Of a DNA stretch of 64,000 nucleotides, positions 1 through 9,556 are shown piece after piece. The stretch is from Clostridia bacterium. Lineage in GTDB: Bacteria; Bacillota; Clostridia; Christensenellales; CAG-138. A program made the translations under genes and the position numbers. How positions within the stretch are numbered: position 1 is the first letter of the stretch; each line of letters opens with the position of its first letter. A model generated the notes under the pieces. The model was given only the letters and a program-made list of their open reading frames with translations. It did not search any database and was not told where the DNA came from. The stretch is taken from NCBI GenBank assembly GCA_036652795.1, contig JAVVVD010000003.1, positions 42,864 through 106,863 on the forward strand, written 5' to 3'.

Positions 1-379
1 CATCGCGTGAATAGATAAGCTTGGGCGCATCATTTATATCCGGCAATTTTGCTTCGTCCATATTATAATTTAGCATACTGCTCATCATTATGCCGTTCTC
101 ATCTGTAAGCAGCATGTTAAGATCCCAATTCGTGTTCTGCTCGCTTAGCAAAAAACCATTGTCCAGTGAAACGCCCTCGTTTAGCTCCTCCTCGATATGA
201 TTCGCCACCAGTCCACTGATATTAAGTATATTCTCGCGCTGCTTCTGCATAAGAAAATGGTTGGCTACCATAAACACCACACAGGATAATACAAGCAGCA
301 CAATACTAAACAGCATAGCGTATGCTGCTGTAAGCCGCTTGGAAAGTTTGCTCCTTTTATGTGTGGTCCCGTATAACAT
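1..379 (-). CDS. sensor histidine kinase, N-terminal part only (gene runs off the left edge)
   Basis: Not in the ORF track because no stop lies in the window. Manual minus-strand translation from the ATG at 379 gives MLYGTTHKRSKLSKRLTAAYAMLFSIVLLVLSCVVFMVANHFLMQKQ... SD AGAGGTG lies 6 nt upstream, and the start overlaps the 3' end of the response-regulator gene. A basic stretch plus one TM helix is typical of a sensor N-terminus. The kinase domains lie outside the window, so the call rests on context. Confidence 0.5.
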   Translation of the reverse strand, partial: MLYGTTHKRSKLSKRLTAAYAMLFSIVLLVLSCVVFMVANHFLMQKQRENILNISGLVANHIEEELNEGVSLDNGFLLSEQNTNWDLNMLLTDENGIMMSSMLNYNMDEAKLPDINDAPKLIYSRD

Positions 380-1040
380 AGCCCACACCTCTTACGGTTT
401 CAATAAGCCTGCTCTGCGGAGTATCACCAAGCTTGGTACGGACATATCTTACATATACGTCCACTATATTGCTATCTCCCAGATAGTCGTATCCCCAAAC
501 CACATTCAATATCTGTTCCCGCGTAAGCACAACATTGCAGTTGCGCACAAGGTATTCCAGCAGATCGTATTCTGTTTTGGTTAGTGCAGCATACCGTCCT
601 GCACGTATCACAGTGTGTTGCGCGATATCCAGCGTAAGATCGTCTATCTTAAGCACGTTGCCCGCCATTCCAGATATTTTCGTTCCGCCTGAGCGCGTAG
701 CGGCGCGCACACGGGCAAGCAGTTCCTCTATATGAAATGGCTTTGTTATGTAGTCGTTTGCGCCTACATCCAGCCCCGTTACCTTATCCATAACAGTGTC
801 GCGCGCTGTAAGCATTATTACAGGCGTATCCTTTTCCTTGCGTAGCCTACGCAGTATCTCCATCCCATTTAGCTCAGGCAGCATAACATCTAACAGAATA
901 AGGTCATACTCATGTTCCAACGCCATACTCAATCCCGTGCGTCCGTCATACGCCGCTTGAACCATATATCCCTCATGATCCAGTTCCAGCGTTAGAAAGC
1001 GCACTATTTCTTTTTCGTCTTCGATTATGAGTATACGCAT
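357..1040 (-). CDS. OmpR/PhoB-family response regulator
   Basis: ORF 357..1133 trimmed to the ATG at 1040 (MRILIIEDEKEIV...), which has SD GGAAAGGCGG upstream. Receiver domain (LLDVMLPELNG) plus a winged-helix C-terminus (GVGYVIR). Confidence 0.9.
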   Translation of the reverse strand: MRILIIEDEKEIVRFLTLELDHEGYMVQAAYDGRTGLSMALEHEYDLILLDVMLPELNGMEILRRLRKEKDTPVIMLTARDTVMDKVTGLDVGANDYITKPFHIEELLARVRAATRSGGTKISGMAGNVLKIDDLTLDIAQHTVIRAGRYAALTKTEYDLLEYLVRNCNVVLTREQILNVVWGYDYLGDSNIVDVYVRYVRTKLGDTPQSRLIETVRGVGYVIRDHT

Positions 1041-1264
1041 AGAACCGCCTTTCCATATGAGATTGTACATCATATCCGCTTTGCAATCCACCGGAAAATT
1101 CATATTTACCCATATTTTTAACTTAATTCTCATTAATCGCTAAAGCATTTATCATTACATGCCTATATGATTGAGCGATATGGGGTTTGATGCTTCCTGC
1201 GTCCATTTTTTATGAGACGCAATTTCTATAGATAAAGGCGGGTTATATCGCGCCGGAGGGACCA

Positions 1265-2272
1265 ATGAATTCACAAAAGCGTCCGCGTTTATTTCGCGGC
1301 TATCTTTTTCTTATTCTTGATGCAATTGCACTCGGCGTAGCCCTGTGCGTATTTTCGTTGTTCCACCATGTACTGCCAATGAAAGGCGGCGGACCAATAC
1401 AGAGTGTGCCTGGAGCAAAGGATATAATAACGCAGACCGTTCAAAGCACCCCTGAGGCTCAGTTATCGCCAACTGATCTTATTCAGAGTACGCCAGAACC
1501 CGCTCTGCCCGCTACTGGTGATTTTTCGCAGACATTTCCAAGCAACGATACCGGTACAAACGCTGTGCACAGCTATCAGAGCGACTCCGTGCGCATAGCC
1601 GTAAATCAAGTACAGCGCGACAGCATAACCTATTATGTAGCCGACGTATGGATACGCAACATAAGCTCGTTCAAGACTGCCTTCGCCAAAGATGAATATG
1701 GGCGCGGCATACACGAACAACCCGTTAGTATGGCACACAACAACAATGCGCTTATAGCAGTAAACGGAGATTACTATGGTGCAAGGGATTTAGGCGTGGT
1801 TATACGCAATGGCGACGTTTACCGCAACAGCATATCCACAGATGTGTGTGTGGTATACGCCGATGGCGTAATGGAGACTATAGCAAAGGATGATTTTTCT
1901 ATAGATGCAGCTATAGCCCGCGGCGCCTATCAGGCGTGGTCTTTCGGGCCCAAGCTGCTGCTTAACGGACAACCCATTGCCACATTCAACAGCTCCGTAG
2001 AGGGGGCAAATCCGCGCACCGCTATCGGTTATTACCAGCCTGGGCATTATTGCCTTGTTACCGTGGATGGCAGACAGCCCGGTTATTCCGCTGGTATGAC
2101 TATGCAAAAGCTGTCTATGCTGTTTTATGAGCTTGGCTGCGCCGATGCGTATAATCTTGATGGTGGGCAATCCTCAATGATGGTATTTCAGGATGAGCTG
2201 GTCAACAAGCCATTTAAGGGCGGCCGCCAGTCCAGCGATATAATCTATTTCACAGATCCAGCGGCTAAATAA
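1265..2272 (+). CDS. phosphodiester glycosidase family protein (NAGPA/DUF2233-like), membrane-anchored
   Basis: SD GGAGGG lies before the ATG. N-terminal TM helix. Motifs ALIAVNGDYYG, LVTVDGRQPGYSAGMT and AYNLDGGQSS are typical of this family. Confidence 0.7.
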   Translation: MNSQKRPRLFRGYLFLILDAIALGVALCVFSLFHHVLPMKGGGPIQSVPGAKDIITQTVQSTPEAQLSPTDLIQSTPEPALPATGDFSQTFPSNDTGTNAVHSYQSDSVRIAVNQVQRDSITYYVADVWIRNISSFKTAFAKDEYGRGIHEQPVSMAHNNNALIAVNGDYYGARDLGVVIRNGDVYRNSISTDVCVVYADGVMETIAKDDFSIDAAIARGAYQAWSFGPKLLLNGQPIATFNSSVEGANPRTAIGYYQPGHYCLVTVDGRQPGYSAGMTMQKLSMLFYELGCADAYNLDGGQSSMMVFQDELVNKPFKGGRQSSDIIYFTDPAAK

Positions 2273-2312
2273 CATTGGGCAGGTTCATTCAGGCCCATGG
2301 ATAGAAAGGTTT

Positions 2313-2573
2313 TTGTTATTTATGAAATCGCATAAATATTGGCGCGTGCTTTGTCACCTCAACATCATACTTGGCGGCATGTTCCTTACATTCTTTATAA
2401 TCGACAGATTTAACACAGCTATGAATTTTCTTGGTAATGAGATAAGTAAATGGCTGCTGTGCATATTCAGCGTATGTGCAATACTGCTAGGCGCTGTTAC
2501 CGCGCACGCAATATATTCGCATAACCGGCGTGAGCACCGCCGCAACCGCCAGCAGCACGACGATAATAAATGA
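2313..2573 (+). CDS. small membrane protein, unknown function
   Basis: 86-aa ORF with two hydrophobic helices and a basic tail (HRREHRRNRQQ). Followed by a hairpin terminator. Start is ambiguous (TTG 2313 or ATG 2322). Confidence 0.4.
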   Translation: MLFMKSHKYWRVLCHLNIILGGMFLTFFIIDRFNTAMNFLGNEISKWLLCIFSVCAILLGAVTAHAIYSHNRREHRRNRQQHDDNK

Positions 2574-2587
2574 CCTTGGAAAATTTG

Positions 2588-2619
2588 GCGCCCTGATTAA
2601 TTTCTATCAGGGCGCTTTT
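2588..2619. terminator. bidirectional intrinsic terminator between the convergent small ORF and trxA
   Basis: GCGCCCTGAT-N8-ATCAGGGCGC hairpin flanked by an A-run upstream and TTTT downstream. Confidence 0.6.
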
Positions 2620-2626
2620 CATTCAG

Positions 2627-2935
2627 CTATTTTAGCATTTTCAATATGTCTGCTTTTGGTCTTGCACCTACCGCCTTGTGCATTACCTCGCCGCCCTTTA
2701 GCACAATCAGCGTTGGTATACTCATCACCCCAAAGCGTGAAGCGAGCTGTGGTTGTTCATCCACATTCACCTTGCCCACCTTAACGTCATCCTGCTCGTC
2801 CGCTATCTCATCCACCACTGGCGACACCATGCGGCATGGCCCACACCACGGCGCCCAGAAATCCACCAGCACTGGTTTATCCGCATTGAGTACCTCTGCT
2901 TCAAAGTTCTCGTTAGTTATCGTAATGACTGCCAT
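2627..2935 (-). CDS. trxA: thioredoxin
   Basis: 102 aa with the WAPWCGPCR active-site motif and typical thioredoxin length. Confidence 0.95.
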   Translation of the reverse strand: MAVITITNENFEAEVLNADKPVLVDFWAPWCGPCRMVSPVVDEIADEQDDVKVGKVNVDEQPQLASRFGVMSIPTLIVLKGGEVMHKAVGARPKADILKMLK

Positions 2936-3164
2936 CGTCTTTCCCTCCTGTTGTTTAATATCTATATAATACCCTGCTCGTACACTGTTGTATGTGATTA
3001 TATCACATTTCAGTTTTAACCTTCAACATCGCCATTACAAACATTCAATCCATACGCATATGGCTATAATTGCTTTATTGCAATTATTTGTCGTTTGTTG
3101 CAATATTTCATGCTATAATACGGTAATAATTTATGCACTATTCTATAGGTTAAGGAGGATTACC

Positions 3165-4283
3165 ATGATGTGTTGCTTGGCAGACTCGCTGAAAAAATTA
3201 GCTCATTCTGAATTTGACAAAGCCTTTTTCAAAGAAAACCGCTGCAATATTCAAATCGCTAATCTAAACGTTCTGTGCAGAACCAGCGCACTTGCCACCG
3301 CATTATGCTTATTGCTTGCGCTTGCCAGTCTGGTAATTCCCCCCCTTCTCCCGCTAATGCCGCTGTATTTTATATTTTGCGGCATGTTTGGCCTTATTTT
3401 TATAATTAGCAATACGCTTGCATACCGTGTGCCCGCATTCATACTGCCATTGTTCTATGTGTTTCTTTTCGCTGCCTTTGTTTACAGCACCATACTCGGT
3501 ATAGTGAACACGCCAAACGGCACAGCCACAACATTCATGGTAGTACTCGTAATTATACCGCTACTAATACTTGACAGGCCATGGCATACCAACCTGTTTG
3601 TCATGCTTACGGGTTTGGCGTTTTGCATATTCACTTATATATTTAAAGCGATTAACTTTGCCATGGTAGATATGATCAACTGCGTCAGCTTTATGCTCTT
3701 GAGCATGTTCATCAATCATCTGATTACCAACATCAAGCTCAGGGATATAAGCAACCAACGCCTATTGGTCATCCAGCGTGATACCGACAGCCTTACGATG
3801 CTGCCCAATCGGCGCAAGCTATACGAAACGCTCGCAGCAAGCGAATCCGGCGCATGTGCGCCAATAACGGGTGTAATAATGGTTGATATAGATTATTTTA
3901 AGCTGTATAACGATTCCTATGGTCACCAGGCAGGCGATGATTGTTTGCGACTGCTTGGCAAACGCTTTGCCATATTTGCCAAGGCTAACTCGCTCAGCAT
4001 ATTCCGTTATGGCGGCGAGGAGTTCATTGCGCTAAGCTATACCCATAACTATGAAGCACTCGGCGCCGTATCCAATGAGCTTGTCAGCTCCATACGCACA
4101 GCGAACATTCCGTTTGATGCTGCTCCAAAAGGGAAAATCACAATATGCTGTGGTTTTGCCTATGCTAACAACTGCCGCCCACAAAGCTATGAAACACTTA
4201 TATCCATGGCCGACAAGGCACTATATCACGCCAAGGGCAATGGCAAAGATACTGTAGCCGGATACCTTGATTGCATTGACTAG
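3165..4283 (+). CDS. membrane-bound diguanylate cyclase (GGDEF domain)
   Basis: ORF 2988..4283 trimmed to the ATG at 3165, preceded by SD AAGGAGG. Multiple N-terminal TM helices. C-terminal GGDEF domain with RYGGEEFIAL. Confidence 0.85.
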   Translation: MMCCLADSLKKLAHSEFDKAFFKENRCNIQIANLNVLCRTSALATALCLLLALASLVIPPLLPLMPLYFIFCGMFGLIFIISNTLAYRVPAFILPLFYVFLFAAFVYSTILGIVNTPNGTATTFMVVLVIIPLLILDRPWHTNLFVMLTGLAFCIFTYIFKAINFAMVDMINCVSFMLLSMFINHLITNIKLRDISNQRLLVIQRDTDSLTMLPNRRKLYETLAASESGACAPITGVIMVDIDYFKLYNDSYGHQAGDDCLRLLGKRFAIFAKANSLSIFRYGGEEFIALSYTHNYEALGAVSNELVSSIRTANIPFDAAPKGKITICCGFAYANNCRPQSYETLISMADKALYHAKGNGKDTVAGYLDCID

Positions 4284-4325
4284 CCCATTGTCCTCTGGAG
4301 CGATAAGCGCGCACACTATTGCAAA

Positions 4326-5447
4326 TTAATCGGCTTCATGCCGTTCGCGAAAATACTGATACAGCGTGCATGGGATTCCGCCATTAGAAAGCTTACGACG
4401 TTTATCGGCATGCTTACCGTATATCTTTTCAAAATCAGTGTGGGATGTAATTATGCTCACAGCCCAATTTGGCAGCGCATCAAAGGTATGGTGCATATCG
4501 CGATAAAGCGCATCGCTCTCCCTGCGTGAAAGCATACGTTCGCCATATGGAGGATTGCATACCAGCAGCCCGTCAGGCTTGTCCGTATGCAGTTGTTTTA
4601 CTGGCGCCACCGCCCACTCCACCATTATACCCGCCTTTTTAGCGTGCTTCTTACACAGATCTACTGAATGCGCGTCAATATCTATGCCCAATATATCTAG
4701 TTTTGCGTCTATCACGCAATCCCGTGCCTGCTCGCGCGCAGCGGCAAACACGCCCGCGTCCACAAATGGCCATTCCTCCGCGGCAAATTCGCGGTTGAGC
4801 CCCGGGGCCATATGCTTTGCTATCATAGCGGCCTCAATTGGCATGGTACCTGATCCGCACATTGGATCAATAAGAGGCACATCCGCGTGATAACGCGATA
4901 GCAGCAATATCGCGGCGCCAAGCGTTTCGGATAGTGGTGCTGCCACATTAAACGTGCGATATCCACGGCGTGATAGTCCTGCTCCGCAGCAATCCAGTGT
5001 AAGCGTAGCCGTGTCCTTTAAAATACCCACCTCAACTATTACCTTTTTACCATTCTCAGGTATTATATTGGTTCTATATGCGGTTTTGAGGTTTTCCACT
5101 ATCGCTTTTTTAACTATACTCTGGCAATCAGACACAGAAAACAGCGTACTTTTGGCGCTCTTGCCGTTAACATGTATCATGGCGCTTTGGCAAAGGTAGT
5201 TCTTCCATCCCAGCGCCTTCGTCCCCTCGAACAATTCGTCAAATGTGGCCGCATGGAATTCGCCTACCACCAGCAGCACACGCTCCGCGCTACGCAGCCA
5301 TAGGCAGGCGCGCGCCATCTCAAGATATCCACCCGAAAAGCAAACGCGCGCATCAAATGCGCTCACATTTTGTATTCCAAGCATACGCAGCTCCATTGCC
5401 ACTACAGACTCAAGCCCAAGCTTGCATGTTGCGATAAAATCCATCAT
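4326..5447 (-). CDS. THUMP-domain class I SAM-dependent RNA methyltransferase (RlmL/YpsC-like)
   Basis: 373 aa. N-terminal THUMP-like region, SAM-binding DPMCGSGT, and catalytic NPPYG (LVCNPPYGERM). Confidence 0.8.
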   Translation of the reverse strand: MMDFIATCKLGLESVVAMELRMLGIQNVSAFDARVCFSGGYLEMARACLWLRSAERVLLVVGEFHAATFDELFEGTKALGWKNYLCQSAMIHVNGKSAKSTLFSVSDCQSIVKKAIVENLKTAYRTNIIPENGKKVIVEVGILKDTATLTLDCCGAGLSRRGYRTFNVAAPLSETLGAAILLLSRYHADVPLIDPMCGSGTMPIEAAMIAKHMAPGLNREFAAEEWPFVDAGVFAAAREQARDCVIDAKLDILGIDIDAHSVDLCKKHAKKAGIMVEWAVAPVKQLHTDKPDGLLVCNPPYGERMLSRRESDALYRDMHHTFDALPNWAVSIITSHTDFEKIYGKHADKRRKLSNGGIPCTLYQYFRERHEAD

Positions 5448-7150
5448 ATCTCCTTATTGGGGCTGTTCATAAGCTGCGCCAACGCATTATTGAAGCGCAC
5501 CAGCGTTACGCCATACTTTTTGCACATCGAAGCTTTTGTAAGCTTCTCGTCCTTTTCTCTGCATACTATATATTCCAGCGCTGCCGCCAGTGCCATAATG
5601 CGCTGGTCGCTAAGCCGCGCAAAGCCGGAAAGATTCCCAACATATTCGCCCCACAGGTCGGCTGCTGCAAGCAAGCAATCCTCACTGCGCTCGCCCTGCA
5701 TCGCCGCAAAGCACACCTCTATTACCTCCTGATACGCATCCGGCACGGTATCCGGCAACATGCGTATAAGGTTTACCCGGCTCTCAACAAGCTCGCCGTT
5801 AATATAGCCAAGATATGGTTCCTTTGCATCCATGTGCTTTAACAAGCCAAACGCCTCACGCTTCATCTCCGGAGGCTGGCCGCGCTGAAGCACAAAATCG
5901 CGCAGAAACAGCTCCGCCTTTTCATCCTCAAATGATGATACCATTGTCAATATTGCGTGCTTAACGCTTAGCTCAGTAAGTTCAGCTCCCCAACGCATCA
6001 ATGATTCCAGCTCAGTGCCATCATTCCACATCGCAAGCAGCTCACTGTGCGGCTTACCGATCAGCTCGTTTAGCCTATGCACCCTTGTAAGCATCTCCTC
6101 AAGGGGAACCTGATAGTTAAACATAAATCCACACCGCTTATGCGCTCCGGCTGCGGCTGCTCTGCAAATTCCACAGTAGTAGCGCGCCACACTATCCTTG
6201 TCGTCAAGCTTAATAAGTCTATCGTAACAATCCATCGCCTTGTAATAATCGCCATTCTCATATGCGCACACTGCCAGGCGGTGCGTTATGCCTGTGTCGT
6301 ATGGCATCTGCATGAACAAACGCTTTATAAGCGGATATGCTTCCCTAAATCTGCCAAGCTCCATCAGCGTTATGGACATACGGTTAAGATCATCTGTATC
6401 GTCTGTTTTTGCCCGGCACAGGAATTCCGTTTCCCTCTCCACGCCCTCTTTATCCTTTACGGCGCGTAAGAATATTGCAAGATTACAGTGCGCCTGTATG
6501 TTGTCCTGCTCGTCAGCAAGTATAAGCTGCACCTGCTCTGTTGCGCTTTTAAAGTCGCGGTTGCAGAAATACGCCAGCGCTAGATTGTTGCGTGCGTAGC
6601 TCAGATCCGGCGCTTCTTTTAGAAGTGCGTTAAACACCTTTATCGCGCCTACATAGTCATCCCGCTCCAGCAGCTCCTTGCCCTCCCTTGCAGTATGCTG
6701 CAAGCGCGCCTCGTTTATTTCCTCCTGCGTGCCATCTTCAAGCACATCAAGCATATCATACGCTTCGCACATAAACTCGCCCTCGGGATCAAGCTCTAAA
6801 TAATGTATAAAGCTGTCCTTCGCGCGCTCATATTCTTGCATTCCAACAAAATTGCAGCCCATGCCAAAATAGCACTCGCTGGGGCGGCTCTTTTCAGCCG
6901 AAAAGAGCGTAAATAGCATACGATTTGATTCCTCAAACCGGTTCATCTCAGTCAGCGTTTCCGCTATGGCAAGCTTTACCTCGGAATTTTCGGGGTCCTT
7001 TGATAGCGCCACGCGATAATATGCCATGGCGTCCAGCAGCTTGTTGCTATCCAGCTTGTTCATGCCACGCCTGAAGAAGAAATCCCCCTCCTGGTCGAAT
7101 GGCAGCACCTTGCTGCCAAACATTGCGGCCGGTCTTTCCATCCTTTTCAT
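5444..7150 (-). CDS. tetratricopeptide-repeat protein
   Basis: 568 aa with repeated 34-aa A/Y/L-pattern helices (AMAYYRVALSKDPEN, AKDSFIHYLELDPEG, etc.). Start and stop are coupled to the flanking genes. Confidence 0.7.
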   Translation of the reverse strand: MKRMERPAAMFGSKVLPFDQEGDFFFRRGMNKLDSNKLLDAMAYYRVALSKDPENSEVKLAIAETLTEMNRFEESNRMLFTLFSAEKSRPSECYFGMGCNFVGMQEYERAKDSFIHYLELDPEGEFMCEAYDMLDVLEDGTQEEINEARLQHTAREGKELLERDDYVGAIKVFNALLKEAPDLSYARNNLALAYFCNRDFKSATEQVQLILADEQDNIQAHCNLAIFLRAVKDKEGVERETEFLCRAKTDDTDDLNRMSITLMELGRFREAYPLIKRLFMQMPYDTGITHRLAVCAYENGDYYKAMDCYDRLIKLDDKDSVARYYCGICRAAAAGAHKRCGFMFNYQVPLEEMLTRVHRLNELIGKPHSELLAMWNDGTELESLMRWGAELTELSVKHAILTMVSSFEDEKAELFLRDFVLQRGQPPEMKREAFGLLKHMDAKEPYLGYINGELVESRVNLIRMLPDTVPDAYQEVIEVCFAAMQGERSEDCLLAAADLWGEYVGNLSGFARLSDQRIMALAAALEYIVCREKDEKLTKASMCKKYGVTLVRFNNALAQLMNSPNKEI

Positions 7151-8052
7151 CAGTTATCTCCTGTTTTCGCCTCGCTGAGCAAGCTGCTCAGCTCCATCTC
7201 GTTAAAATCATATTTGGAATTGCAGAACTGGCAAGTAAGCTGTGCGCCATGATCCTTTTGTATCATATCGCAAAGCTCATTCTCGCCCATGCTTATTAGC
7301 ACCTGCTCCAGCCTTGCCCTGCTACAATCGCACTCAAACCTCGGTTCTGTCCGCTGTACTATCTCCATATCCATCCCTGAGAGTAGCTTACCTAGCGAAT
7401 CCTCAAGCGTAAGCTCCTCCAGCATGCCCGAAAGCAGTTTTATGCCCTCCGCTGCATTAGTAAGCCTTGTTATCACCTCATCCGGACACTGCGGCATCGG
7501 CTGCAATATCAAGCCACCTGCGGCTATTACCTCGCCGCTAACAGGCGCCACCCTGACGCCCAGATAAACCAATGATGGCTGTTGCTCGCTTACAGTAAAA
7601 TACTGTGCAAAATCCTCTGCGATCTCGCCCGATACCATGCTGCATCGCCCTACGTACGGTTCCTTCATATGCATATCACGTATTACCGTAAGCTCACCAA
7701 ACCAGCCCACAGCCATGGATACATCCAGCTTGCCGTCAGGTCCCAATGGCAACTCCAGCTTTGGATTTTCTATATAGCCCTTCACTGTGCCATCAGGCCG
7801 CGCACAGCACACTATATTGCCCGCCGGACCCTCGCCCTTGACTATTGTTGTTAGCTTATCGCCTTCGCCCTTAAGCTGCGCACCCATCATGCATGTTACC
7901 ATCAGAGCGCGCCCTAGTGCGGCCGTACACACACGTGAAAGTCCGTGCGTCTTGCGCGCGCATTCACATATGGCCTTTGCGTCTATGGCAATAAGTTTAA
8001 CTGACTTATCCGCCAACAGTCCTCTTATCATTATATCATTATGTATGCACAT
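7150..8052 (-). CDS. hslO: Hsp33 family redox-regulated chaperone
   Basis: 300 aa with the C-terminal zinc-centre cysteines CDCSRARLE ... CQFCNSKYDF. SD GAGGTAAG lies 8 nt upstream of the ATG. Confidence 0.9.
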   Translation of the reverse strand: MCIHNDIMIRGLLADKSVKLIAIDAKAICECARKTHGLSRVCTAALGRALMVTCMMGAQLKGEGDKLTTIVKGEGPAGNIVCCARPDGTVKGYIENPKLELPLGPDGKLDVSMAVGWFGELTVIRDMHMKEPYVGRCSMVSGEIAEDFAQYFTVSEQQPSLVYLGVRVAPVSGEVIAAGGLILQPMPQCPDEVITRLTNAAEGIKLLSGMLEELTLEDSLGKLLSGMDMEIVQRTEPRFECDCSRARLEQVLISMGENELCDMIQKDHGAQLTCQFCNSKYDFNEMELSSLLSEAKTGDN

Positions 8053-8063
8053 TTGCGCTTACC

Positions 8064-8684
8064 TCAAACCCGTGTCACGGGCAATCTTCCTTTTTGGGCG
8101 CATCCACGCAGTTTAAGTATGTGATATTCCATCAGATGTTGGCACGCTCCGGTACGGTACATTATATCACCGTCCGCAACATCCTCGCTGCGTTTTCCGC
8201 ACACCTTGCCGCGATACCTATATTTATCAGCAAAGCCCAGCACATGTCCAAACTCGTGCAGCACCACCGAACACGTCTGCGCATATCCAAGCGGTTGCGT
8301 AATATCCCTTCCCGCAATATTTATAAACACATCTGGGAAGCGCATCAAAAAGCGCGACAGCTTAAACGGACCTATCCATTTTGCCCCAAAATACGCGCGA
8401 GAAACATTTACCCTTGGATCATACATCCTGCGTACTATAGGCGTTTTATCATATACTCTAACGTTTACGCAGTCAAGAGCAAACCTGTCTGCCATCGTAA
8501 GCTCAACCTTTAGCGCTGTGCTCTTTCCACATACCTGATAGGGTGAGTGGCTTTCAATAAGGCGGATACCGTCGGCTATCATTTCCCGGGCAATTTTGCT
8601 ATCGCCCGCGCGCGCATCTATATATACACGCAGCGCAACCACTATCGTATCACCCTGCATATACAGCCTTAATATCCTATTCAT
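8064..8684 (-). CDS. hypothetical protein with zinc-metalloprotease motif (HEFGHVLGFAD)
   Basis: 206 aa with no signal peptide. HExxHxxGxxD motif. The ATG overlaps the upstream methyltransferase stop (ATGA). Confidence 0.5.
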   Translation of the reverse strand: MNRILRLYMQGDTIVVALRVYIDARAGDSKIAREMIADGIRLIESHSPYQVCGKSTALKVELTMADRFALDCVNVRVYDKTPIVRRMYDPRVNVSRAYFGAKWIGPFKLSRFLMRFPDVFINIAGRDITQPLGYAQTCSVVLHEFGHVLGFADKYRYRGKVCGKRSEDVADGDIMYRTGACQHLMEYHILKLRGCAQKGRLPVTRV

Positions 8685-9421
8685 AGCGGCCGCCTCGCAA
8701 CGAATTGTATGCGCTGCGTCTGCGTTTGGGGCTGCTGCTTAGTAAATGCTTCGTATGCGTGGCAATCCTCAAAGCCTACAGCGTCTAGCGCCGCCTCAAC
8801 CTCGGATTGTGAGTGAGCGCGCTGAAGATGGTGCTCTGTAAAGCGCTTATATGAATCCCCCTCCTTGACGAAAAAGCTTAGTCGCATTGATATAAGGCAG
8901 CTCTGCTCGTCACAGTCATTGTGCCAAATATATGCGCGCACGCCATCATCCTGTGCAAATGTGTTGTTTCCGATTATATTAAATAGCTTATATCTGGATG
9001 ATATATCAAACAGTAGCAATCCCCCCGGCTTAAGATGCGCAAATGCCGCGTTAAAAAACCGTTTCATATCCCCAGTCGATGTAAGGTAGTTCACCCCATC
9101 GCAGGCGCACGTCACCACGTCCACGGGACGGTGAAGCTCAAGAGCACGTATGTCCTGGCGCACAAATAGTATCTGTTTGCCACACTTTCTAGACTTCTCC
9201 CCTGCCACCGCCAACATGCTCTCTGATATATCAACGCCTGTAACAATATGTCCGCGCCCAGCAAGCTTTATAGCCAATTTCCCCGTGCCGCAGGCACAGT
9301 CCGCTATATATAATTTCCCCTCCGGCATAAATGCCGATATGTATTGCGCCCATGTCTCATAGTCCACATCCCGCATAAGCGGATCATAAATATCTGCAAA
9401 ATGGCCATATTGATCCTGCAT
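8681..9421 (-). CDS. class I SAM-dependent methyltransferase
   Basis: 246 aa with SAM motif I IADCACGTGKLAIKLA and a typical Methyltransf_11/25-like layout. Confidence 0.8.
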   Translation of the reverse strand: MQDQYGHFADIYDPLMRDVDYETWAQYISAFMPEGKLYIADCACGTGKLAIKLAGRGHIVTGVDISESMLAVAGEKSRKCGKQILFVRQDIRALELHRPVDVVTCACDGVNYLTSTGDMKRFFNAAFAHLKPGGLLLFDISSRYKLFNIIGNNTFAQDDGVRAYIWHNDCDEQSCLISMRLSFFVKEGDSYKRFTEHHLQRAHSQSEVEAALDAVGFEDCHAYEAFTKQQPQTQTQRIQFVARRPL

Positions 9422-9476
9422 AAATCTTCACCTCGTACCTGTATTTTACAATAATACCACTGCCTCCGCAAGCGCA

Positions 9477-9505
9477 TTGACATGCACTTGTGCTGCGTGT
9501 ATACT
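9477..9505 (+). promoter_or_regulatory. sigma-A-like promoter for the LCP gene
   Basis: TTGACA, a 17-nt spacer, then TATACT, about 45 nt upstream of the start codon. Confidence 0.5.
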
Positions 9506-9556
9506 GCAAGTGCAAGCGCAGCCGTCTGCCGCGCTAAACTATAGAGGTGTATGCAT

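Noticed and set aside
2993-3007. TGTGAT-TAT-ATCACA palindrome between trxA and the GGDEF gene as a Rex or CRP/FNR-type operator
   Set aside because: The arms resemble TGTGA/TCACA boxes, but the spacing (3 nt between 6-nt arms) does not fit the Rex or CRP/FNR consensus as I know it. It cannot be assigned without a motif model. It might still be a regulatory site.
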